From Kiritimatiellia bacterium (GTDB lineage: Bacteria; Verrucomicrobiota; Kiritimatiellia; JAAZAB01), in NCBI GenBank assembly GCA_040767085.1, contig JAXGPF010000006.1, forward strand, positions 256,001 through 320,000: 64,000 nt of DNA. Reading direction: 5' to 3'. The notes beneath the pieces are model-generated. The model had not been told where the DNA came from. It ran no database searches and worked only from the letters and a program-made list of their open reading frames with translations. Positions 9,202 through 16,923 of the stretch are shown one piece after another; the first letter of the stretch is position 1, and each line of letters opens with the position of its first letter. A program made the position numbers and the translations under genes.

Positions 9202-10654
9202 TGTCGTGGAGTTTTCAAAAGCGGAATTATTGGAGCGAGCAAAAGCGGAAAAGAAACGCATACAATCAGTCTGGTTAGTGAGGCCGGTTGGTGAACAGAA
9301 CGACGGGGCGTTTGAGCTTGTCTGGCCGCTCCTTGATGATCGAGACGGTTCCGTCCAGATGTTCACATACAATGGCCCTGGTGCCAAGGCTACCCCGAGT
9401 AGGGAAAGAGCCTTGTCGGAATTGGACGCGACCGCCCACGGCGATCGTGACGGGATGCCATAGAGACCAGACGTAGTTCCACCAAGGGTCCTTGGGGACG
9501 GGGCGCAGCTTGTTTCGACCCTGTGCGATGGCATTGTCCCAAGCCGTCTGTGGCGTCATGCCCAGTTCACGATGGCGCTCACGCCGGTTCCGATGATCAC
9601 GCAGCGCGTAAATGTGCCGGTTTACCTCTTCTAATTCGGAAGATGTGGACAGACCGTTATGGGCAAAGTATGGCGGCAACCGATCTTGCCAGACTTGGTG
9701 GATCCGTTCGACCTTGCCCTTTGCTTCAGGGGTATTGGCAACGATGAACGACACGTCGTAGAACATCAGGCGTTGCTCGATGCAGGTCACGTTGTCTTCC
9801 TTGTGCGCCGTGAATATCCCTGCTTGATCTACATAGATTTGCAGAGGCAACCCATGCTCCATGAATGCGTTGTGCAAGAAATGCAGGTAGGCGGGTATAT
9901 TCTCGCGGCGGTAGATGGCACATCCCACTTGCATACGACTGCAGTCGTCGAGCATGTCCAGCAGTGGATAAGCCGGCTCCTCACGGCCAAACCAATGATC
10001 CGGGGTGGCATCCATCTGCCAAAGTTCACCAACGGCTTGGCGTTGCCAGCGCCTCAGGTGAACAGGAAGACGAGGTGGTTTTGGGGTCGGGCAAATTCCT
10101 TCGCGTATCGCCCAATGACGGACTTGGGAGCGAGCCAGTGTAATGCCGTATTGACGATCCACCTCGCTGGCCGCAAATGCATAGTTGTAACCATTGCGGA
10201 TGGCGGCCTTCAGGAAACTCACAACGTTTTCATCCCATGGCGCCGCATGATTGCCACCGGATATGCCTGGCCGCCAAACAGCATCTTTGCCCGCTGCGCG
10301 TGCCTTTAGATAGCTACTACGCAACTCGTAGAGCCTGGTCTTGCCCATCCCCAAGGATTCACAAGCCTGCTCGATGGTCATCGTTCCTTCACACACCTGC
10401 TTGAGCACGTCATGAACATGTGCCAAGCCCAACCGGGATCCTATTTGTTTTTTCATGCGGTCATTATAGACCGCATTCCGCTTTTGCTCGCTCCACGGGC
10501 GCGCGCCCCCTAGGGGGCGTCACATCCTTGCCCCTCTCCTTCGCAACCATATCCGTACCAGCACCTTCCACTCCTCTTATTCCCGATCCCAGCCTTTCCA
10601 CTCCCTTTCCGCTTTTGCTCGCTCCAGCATTCCGCTTTTGCTTTTCCCCCGACA
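9202..10654 (-). mobile_element. Insertion sequence B, IS1202-family-like with 16-bp DR (1,453 bp)
   Basis: TGTCG...CGACA ends; ~46-bp imperfect IRs containing CAAAAGCGGAA twice, with a third internal copy near 10471-10495; flanked by a perfect 16-bp DR. Confidence 0.92.
9275..10456 (-). CDS. IS1202/ISNCY-like DDE transposase
   Basis: HTH N-terminus, GELWQMDAT / IYVDQAGIF / PEAKGKVERIHQVWQDRLP, C-terminal VCEHLDGTVSI shared with transposase A. Confidence 0.9.
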   Translation of the reverse strand: MKKQIGSRLGLAHVHDVLKQVCEGTMTIEQACESLGMGKTRLYELRSSYLKARAAGKDAVWRPGISGGNHAAPWDENVVSFLKAAIRNGYNYAFAASEVDRQYGITLARSQVRHWAIREGICPTPKPPRLPVHLRRWQRQAVGELWQMDATPDHWFGREEPAYPLLDMLDDCSRMQVGCAIYRRENIPAYLHFLHNAFMEHGLPLQIYVDQAGIFTAHKEDNVTCIEQRLMFYDVSFIVANTPEAKGKVERIHQVWQDRLPPYFAHNGLSTSSELEEVNRHIYALRDHRNRRERHRELGMTPQTAWDNAIAQGRNKLRPVPKDPWWNYVWSLWHPVTIAVGGRVQFRQGSFPTRGSLGTRAIVCEHLDGTVSIIKERPDKLKRPVVLFTNRPH

Positions 10655-10670
10655 GCATTTTTTGGCATGG
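10655..10670 (+). repeat. 16-bp target-site duplication, right copy
   Basis: GCATTTTTTGGCATGG, identical to 9186-9201. Confidence 0.92.
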
Positions 10671-10743
10671 CCAACATTTCGTTTGACATTCCGGCGGATT
10701 TGAGCTAAGGAAATTGTCCTACGCATCACCGGAATCTTGAATT

Positions 10744-11457
10744 TTGAAAAGCAAACCAAAGCGCCTGCTGATCGTCACCGACAATCGTTACGTCTCCGCC
10801 GTGCTTTGCCACGGCCTGGGATTGCCGCCCTGGCGGGACTTGCCCGCGGCGCAGGCTGATCCCGGCTTGCGCCAGGCCATGACCGCCTCCGTCAACCGCG
10901 CCATCCAACAAGCGCGCCGCGCCGGCTTCAACGCCTTTGATGTGCATGAGGCTTTCCCGGTGGACTTCATGCGCATGGACCCCGCCGCCGAGATTATCCG
11001 CAACGCGGATTATTTTCTACTCGAACGCCATTATCACTCCGTCCGGTTCCTGCGATGCGGTTTCAAACGGCTGCAACGCGGGACGCACCTGGCCATGATC
11101 AAGTCCCTGCGCCTGGGCCGGGCGGCGCTCACGGAGACCGCCCTGCTGGCGCTTTACTTCCGAAGCCACGGGATCAGACCGCTGAACATGGCCAGGACGG
11201 CATCGCCGGCGCGGTTGCCCGCGGAATTCACCATCAGTTTTGATCCCCGCGTCACATTGAAAAACGCGGCGGTCTACCCGGGCGTCATCCGGTCCGCCCC
11301 GCATGTCTTTACCGCGCGGATCGCGCGGACCGATCAGCTCCTGGAATTCTATCGTTACGCCGGCTTGCAGATCATTAATGCCAATATTCAGCCTGCCGTG
11401 GAAGGCATGCAAGGGGCAAAGGGGCAAAGGATCACAGGCGCAAAGTCTGGAGCTTAA
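10744..11457 (+). CDS. Degenerate M55 (DppA-like) paralogue, probably non-catalytic
   Basis: LLIVTDNRYVSAVLCHGLGLPP..AMTASVN..AG..VHEAF aligns by eye with IYIVTDIEGVSGAVWGGFGLPP..VMTAEIN..AG..LNEAH of the next gene. Confidence 0.55.
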   Translation: MKSKPKRLLIVTDNRYVSAVLCHGLGLPPWRDLPAAQADPGLRQAMTASVNRAIQQARRAGFNAFDVHEAFPVDFMRMDPAAEIIRNADYFLLERHYHSVRFLRCGFKRLQRGTHLAMIKSLRLGRAALTETALLALYFRSHGIRPLNMARTASPARLPAEFTISFDPRVTLKNAAVYPGVIRSAPHVFTARIARTDQLLEFYRYAGLQIINANIQPAVEGMQGAKGQRITGAKSGA

Positions 11458-11543
11458 AATTCCGGCTTAGCCGCTTTGATCCTTTGAGCCTTTGCTCCTC
11501 ATCATAAAACCGGATTGCAGGCATGCGCCTGCGTCGAACAAAT

Positions 11544-12359
11544 ATGCGCATCTACATCGTTACCGACATTGAAGGCGTCAGCGGCGCGGTCTGGGGCGGC
11601 TTCGGCCTGCCGCCATCCGGCGAAGTTCCGTTTAACACCGAAGTCATGACCGCGGAAATTAACACGGTAGTCCGGACGTTGATGGATGCAGGCATCCGCG
11701 ACATCACCCTGAACGAAGCGCACAAATTCCAGCCCGGTGTGCTGCCGGACGGCGTCAAGATCATTCACGGCGCAATGATGACGGAGAAATACGACGCCTT
11801 GTTCTTCGTCGGCCAACACGGGCCCGCCGGCGACCCGCAAGCCGTCATCGCCCATTCCTTCAACAGCGCCTGCAACTACAAAATGACGCTGAACGGGCTC
11901 TGGACCGGAGAATTGACCTACATGGCCGCAGTCGCCGGCGCGCTGGGCACGCCCACGGTTTTCGCCTCGGGCGACCACCAGGTGCTGCTGGAAACCCGTC
12001 GCAACCTGCCCGCGCCCATAGAATTCGTGCGCGACGAATACGGTTTGTCAAACCACTCCGCCATCTGCCGGCCCTTCCGCGCCATCGAGCGTGAATTGAA
12101 GGAAAAGACCCGGCGCGCGCTTGATCGCATCGGCAAAACACCGCCATTCGACCTGGGCCGGATCGAGATGCGGATCACCCACCGTTACCACGGCATGAGC
12201 GAAAAAGCCCGGCGTTTCCCTTTCGTTCGGTGGGAAAACAACGAGCTGGTCATCCAAGCCGCCGACATGCTGGAAGCCGACCGGCTGCGCCGGCAGATCA
12301 TCCTGGCGCGCGATTTCTGGTCGCTGGCCTACGCCAACCGGTATCGATCGGCCATCTGA
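11544..12359 (+). CDS. M55 family D-aminopeptidase (DppA-like)
   Basis: TDIEGVSG, EAH, FVGQHG, IAHS, GE, ASGD metal-binding motifs. Confidence 0.88.
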   Translation: MRIYIVTDIEGVSGAVWGGFGLPPSGEVPFNTEVMTAEINTVVRTLMDAGIRDITLNEAHKFQPGVLPDGVKIIHGAMMTEKYDALFFVGQHGPAGDPQAVIAHSFNSACNYKMTLNGLWTGELTYMAAVAGALGTPTVFASGDHQVLLETRRNLPAPIEFVRDEYGLSNHSAICRPFRAIERELKEKTRRALDRIGKTPPFDLGRIEMRITHRYHGMSEKARRFPFVRWENNELVIQAADMLEADRLRRQIILARDFWSLAYANRYRSAI

Positions 12360-12364
12360 CATCC

Positions 12365-12389
12365 GGATGGTTGGGAAAGCCCACCATCC
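12365..12389. terminator. Hairpin between convergent genes
   Basis: GGATGGTTGGG-AAAG-CCCACCATCC stem-loop. Confidence 0.4.
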
Positions 12390-12423
12390 ACCCGGAATAC
12401 CGTCGGCGCATTTGTCAGGTCTG

Positions 12424-13857
12424 TCATCGCAACATGTAAAGCGAGCCTGACGGAAAATATTCAAAACACCCCATGTCCACCAGCCGCAGGAACCGGTCCA
12501 GCCGGCGGCGGCCGTCCAGGTCCACCGCGCCAGCCTCCAGCATCCAGGGCTGGTTGGTCCCGGTATTGACGCAGGGCGATCCTGCCGGCAGGCGGAAGTC
12601 GGCGGCGGTCGGGGCGATAAACAGCGGATCCGTATCCTTCGCATCCGTCACGCTGACGTTCGCCACCGTCGGCACGGGCGCGATACAGGTATTGGATATG
12701 TAACCCGCCTGCACCGTCTGAAAATAAAAATTGCTGTTGGCGTTGACTCCATTGTCATTGTCGTAAACGATGCAATTCACCAGGCTGAACACCTGGCCGG
12801 CGGCGTTATGAATGACAAACACGCCGGCGCCATCCACCTGGTCGGCGGTGGCGCGATTGGACACAATGGTGCAATTCTCCACCACCGCCGTCCCCCGGTA
12901 AATGTACACGCCGCTCCCGCGGCGCCCAGCGACATTGCCCGCCACCAGGCAATTGCGCATGATATTGGTCGCGGCCGCAAACAGCACCACCCCCCCGCCG
13001 CTGTTGGTCCCGCCGGTGTTGCCGACTATCCGGCAACCTTCCAGCACACCTCCGGCGGAATAGATGCCGCCGGCGCAGGGAAATGAACCGCCGCCAACCG
13101 TATTGGATGCCACCAGCGTGTTTCTAACGACAGCGGCGCCTGACAGACACACCCCCCCGCCGGCCGAGGCGCCGCCGCTGGCCTGGTTATCGCGGACGAT
13201 GCAATCAGCCATCATCCCCGACGCGAGGTAAACCCCGGCGCCGCTGGTGGCGGTGTTACCGACAATTTCACAGTTGGTGACCATCACAGCATCAACCGTC
13301 GTAGTGGAATAACCATAAACGCCGCCCCCCGTTTCATCCGGCCGCGCCGAATTACCGACCACCAGGCAGTCCGCCAATGTCCCGGCGGCTTCGATAAAAA
13401 CACCTCCGCCGCGCCGATCATCAGAGCTCATGCGCCGGTTGTAGTCCGATGCCACGGCATAGCCACCCGTGATGGTGAACCCTCGCACCATGGCATCAAT
13501 ATGGTCAATATACACGCAGCGGTTGGTCACCGGCTTGCCGGAAAAATTATTCCCATGCAACACCGTCCCGGCGCGGTCAAGCGCCCCATCGTTCCAACTG
13601 CGCAAGGTTACCGGCTTCCGGATAAAGATTTCATTCGTCAACAAGTACAAACCGGTGGACACCAAAATCGTATTGTAATCCTCCGCGGCATTGACCGCGT
13701 CCTGGATGTTGGTGGCCGCCTCCGCCCACCCGTTGGTGAAGGGATGCGTCGGATCAATCCCGGGCGTCTCCGGCGGCACGACATAATGCGTGGCCGTCCA
13801 GCCGTTCCATGCCGCTAAAACCGCCACCACGATCGTCAGACCCTGACTTGCGCGCAT
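12424..13857 (-). CDS. Secreted right-handed beta-helix protein with choice-of-anchor Q-like C-terminus
   Basis: Signal peptide, THYV..WAEAATNIQDAVNAA, repeated GGGV/NCxIxxN units, DFRLPAGSPCVNTG..DLDG..VDMGCFEY; AGGAGG RBS. Confidence 0.8.
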   Translation of the reverse strand: MRASQGLTIVVAVLAAWNGWTATHYVVPPETPGIDPTHPFTNGWAEAATNIQDAVNAAEDYNTILVSTGLYLLTNEIFIRKPVTLRSWNDGALDRAGTVLHGNNFSGKPVTNRCVYIDHIDAMVRGFTITGGYAVASDYNRRMSSDDRRGGGVFIEAAGTLADCLVVGNSARPDETGGGVYGYSTTTVDAVMVTNCEIVGNTATSGAGVYLASGMMADCIVRDNQASGGASAGGGVCLSGAAVVRNTLVASNTVGGGSFPCAGGIYSAGGVLEGCRIVGNTGGTNSGGGVVLFAAATNIMRNCLVAGNVAGRRGSGVYIYRGTAVVENCTIVSNRATADQVDGAGVFVIHNAAGQVFSLVNCIVYDNDNGVNANSNFYFQTVQAGYISNTCIAPVPTVANVSVTDAKDTDPLFIAPTAADFRLPAGSPCVNTGTNQPWMLEAGAVDLDGRRRLDRFLRLVDMGCFEYFPSGSLYMLR

Positions 13858-13974
13858 AACAATACCTCCTGTTTGATGTTGCATCATCACCTTCACCTGT
13901 CTGCGGCCACCGTCAAATACCCGCCGCGCCCGACGCCTGATCCAGACTGTCTCCAACTGGTTATATTGCCAGCC

Positions 13975-14913
13975 TCAGCACCGCCCCCGCGCCAGCAGGC
14001 GCGCGCGTTTCCGGCGCGAACGCTGGAAATAATCGTCCAGCGTTTCCAGTTCAAATTCGCGGATCATGTGGTCCACGCTAACCTTCGGATGCAGGGAAGT
14101 CAACAAATACACGCCTTCTTCGCCGGCGGTGTCAACCTGCACCTGCTTTTTATATTTCGCCTTCAAGGCGGGGATTTTCAGGCGGTTGAAATCTATATGA
14201 ATCACGCGGCAATCCAGGTTGATTTCCGCGAAGATGGATATCCCCTCCGCCCGGCCGTCTTTCACGATCCGCCCGAGGGGATTGACAATCCGGCCTTTGG
14301 GCCCGCAAATGGCGCTGGCGATGAACATCTGGTTTTCATACGCCATGACCGGAATCTGGAACCCGGCGGGAAACGCCGAAAGGAAACAAAACAGCTCCGT
14401 CTTTTTTGCCCGGTATTCCGCGAACAACTCGCGGAAGTTGAAATCGAAACAGATACCCGCGCCGATCCGGCCGAAATCCGCGTCAAACGCCACGGCGCCC
14501 CGGCCCGGCAGAATCCCGCGTTCCATTTCGCCAATGGTCGGAAACGTCTTGTCATACACGCTGGCAATCCGCCCCTGCCGGTCGAATAAAACGGCGCTGT
14601 TGTAATAGCGCCCCGCGATGGCCGCGCGGCGGGGGTAACTGGCATAGATATAAAACTTATGGCGCCGGGCCTGCGCCGCGAGGAATTGGGTCACCGGCCC
14701 CGGCTGCGCGCCGTCAATAGTTTCCGATGCCCCTTCAAGCTTGTATTGCGTGCCGGTCAGCGCGAAATGTTCCGGCAGCAGAACAATGTCCGGCCGGTCA
14801 TAAGCCGCGCGCTCAAGCAACATCCCCCAGATTTTCAGGATCGCCTCCGGCCCGGCTTTAATTTCCTTGGCACTATTGCTGTACGAGATGGTGGCTACAC
14901 CTACTGTACGCAT
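13975..14913 (-). CDS. Carbon-nitrogen hydrolase (nitrilase superfamily)
   Basis: E-K-C triad motifs LLPEHF, YDKTFP, ICFDFNF; YNSAVLFDRQG. Confidence 0.9.
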   Translation of the reverse strand: MRTVGVATISYSNSAKEIKAGPEAILKIWGMLLERAAYDRPDIVLLPEHFALTGTQYKLEGASETIDGAQPGPVTQFLAAQARRHKFYIYASYPRRAAIAGRYYNSAVLFDRQGRIASVYDKTFPTIGEMERGILPGRGAVAFDADFGRIGAGICFDFNFRELFAEYRAKKTELFCFLSAFPAGFQIPVMAYENQMFIASAICGPKGRIVNPLGRIVKDGRAEGISIFAEINLDCRVIHIDFNRLKIPALKAKYKKQVQVDTAGEEGVYLLTSLHPKVSVDHMIREFELETLDDYFQRSRRKRARLLARGRC

Positions 14914-14937
14914 TGATTGCTCCTTCCATTTTCCGCA

Positions 14938-16578
14938 TCATGGTTTTAAGTTCTCGCCATCCGCTCCCAGCCATTGCAGGCATTCTTCAAAATGGCGCAA
15001 TTCCGCCGCCCGGCGCCCGCCATGGCAGGGACAGCCGTCGGCAAACAGGCCGTACAACACAACCCGCCCGGCACCGATCCGGCCGGCAACCACTGCCGCG
15101 CGCCCGTCCGCGTCCCTGGCCGCGGTTCGGCCGGCCCGGCCCGGGCGGAATTGCAGGTGATCGGCAAACGCATGCCGGAACCGCCGGCCGGCGGCGCGGT
15201 CCAGGCGGCCATCCAAACTCCCGGCCGCAATGACAGGCTGGCGCGATTTGCCGATGGCGCGGGCCAGCTCTGGAAACAGGGCCCGGTACCGCCCCCACCC
15301 GGCGGCGTCATATACCAGCATCAACCGTCCACCCGACTCCGCCCATTTGCGCAGCCGGCCAGCCGCCAGATTAAACCGCCAGGCCGATCCGGCGCGGGAA
15401 ATCACCACGATCTCGCACTGCCGCCAGTCCGCCCGTTCCAGCCGCGGCAGGATGAAGGCATTCCAGCGGCCCGGGCGCGCATTCAAATATTGCCGCAGCC
15501 CGTCCGCATCCGGATTAGCGTAATAAATCCCCACCCGCAGACCGGCTTTGGGCGGAATCGCCAGGGGGGCGTCCGGGTTCTCCGCCGGCACGCGCGCCGG
15601 CCGGCCATGCCAGCGCGCGATTTCCACCGCCGCCTGATCAATGGCTTCCAGGTGCAACTGCCGGAACTCCGGGAGCATGGGCTTCCAGGTTGTCTGCAAA
15701 AATCCCAGGACATGCCGCCTTGACAGGTGGCGTCGGGCAAAGGCTGCCGTCGCGCGCAGATTATCGGGATCGGACCAATTGCTCGCAGTCAGAATCTGGT
15801 CGTAACCGGCGCGATCCAGGTCGCGGTAAGTCCGGACCGGCCAGGCCGTCACCGGCCGCGGTCCCAGTTCCGGCATGGAGCGGATCATTTTGCGCGCCAT
15901 ACGCACCGGCCCATACCACCAATTGCCCTGAATCACGTGTCGGGAGACGTTCCGCGGATATGCATCGCCGTGAAACCAGTGCGCATCGGCCCACATCCAC
16001 GGCCGCGCGCCGTGCCGGGCAACCTGGTTGCATAAATATTTAAGATCATGCCACCATAAATCACCCGCCCGGATGACAATATACTGGTTATGGACCTGGT
16101 TAACCGCGGTTTCCTCGTCCATCCCGATATGGAAGAAACGCGGCCGGTCAAACAGCTCGCAGACTTCCGCGATCAAGTCGGCGCAAACCCGGTAATACTC
16201 CGGGGTGGACAGGCATCGGGCGTAAGGCCCCAACCAGTTATCATGGCCGGCGGAAAAATTCAGCTTCGGAATGGGCTCCAGCCCCAGGGCGCGCAACCGC
16301 GCCAGTTCGCGCCGGAGCCGGGCCGCGGTCCAGGCGCCCTTGACGGCGATTTCCGGGTGGCTGGCATAGCGCACGCCGTCGCCAAGGTCCAGCACTACCA
16401 TGTTCATGCCGGCCGCGGCCATTTTACCGGCGATCTCGCGCCACAATCCGTCATCAAACCGCAGATAAGGCCTGGTCAGGGCGTAATGGTCAGGCCCCAG
16501 GCGGTCGCGCCGGTCAAACCACATGTTAAAGCTCAGGTGGACCAGATTGCCCCAAATAATTGGACGTGTTTTTTGCAT
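14938..16578 (-). CDS. GH20-like glycoside hydrolase with C-terminal class-I GATase/ThuA-like domain
   Basis: PIPKLNFSAGHD, catalytic FHIGMDE motif, PWMWAD; C-terminal GRIGAGRVVLYG. Confidence 0.7.
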   Translation of the reverse strand: MQKTRPIIWGNLVHLSFNMWFDRRDRLGPDHYALTRPYLRFDDGLWREIAGKMAAAGMNMVVLDLGDGVRYASHPEIAVKGAWTAARLRRELARLRALGLEPIPKLNFSAGHDNWLGPYARCLSTPEYYRVCADLIAEVCELFDRPRFFHIGMDEETAVNQVHNQYIVIRAGDLWWHDLKYLCNQVARHGARPWMWADAHWFHGDAYPRNVSRHVIQGNWWYGPVRMARKMIRSMPELGPRPVTAWPVRTYRDLDRAGYDQILTASNWSDPDNLRATAAFARRHLSRRHVLGFLQTTWKPMLPEFRQLHLEAIDQAAVEIARWHGRPARVPAENPDAPLAIPPKAGLRVGIYYANPDADGLRQYLNARPGRWNAFILPRLERADWRQCEIVVISRAGSAWRFNLAAGRLRKWAESGGRLMLVYDAAGWGRYRALFPELARAIGKSRQPVIAAGSLDGRLDRAAGRRFRHAFADHLQFRPGRAGRTAARDADGRAAVVAGRIGAGRVVLYGLFADGCPCHGGRRAAELRHFEECLQWLGADGENLKP

Positions 16579-16824
16579 ATCATTGTCAAACAAGCGGCCT
16601 GCGGCCACAATCTGCCGTCGCAAAAGCTATGGCAGACGCAGTCCGGCGGCCGCCGGACCGCCGTCGAAAGTGCAAGCTACAAGTGAAAGCTTGCCATGAG
16701 CGGAGTCGAATGGTGTAGTTTGATCCAGAACCAATCCGGAATCATCCGCCCCGCCCGGCTATGCCGGACTGACTGCATCCAGTCGCTACTGGACAAGCCT
16801 GCACCTGTCGCCTGCACTTGCACC

Positions 16825-16893
16825 GTGCCTTAAACTATGGAAACTGCCATTCAATTTTTCTTTTTTTATGACAGTTTCTGTAGTTTACGGCAC
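16825..16893. repeat. 69-bp element with 25-bp imperfect terminal inverted repeats (MITE-like or hairpin)
   Basis: GTGCCTTAAACTATGGAAACTGCCA versus rc of right arm GTGCCGTAAACTACAGAAACTGTCA (21/25). Confidence 0.7.
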
Positions 16894-16923
16894 TTATATC
16901 CTCGCGGTGCCCGATACTCAAGG

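Noticed and set aside
10661-10680. TTGGCATGG in the IS target as a sigma54 -24 box
   Set aside because: No GC at the -12 position with the required spacing
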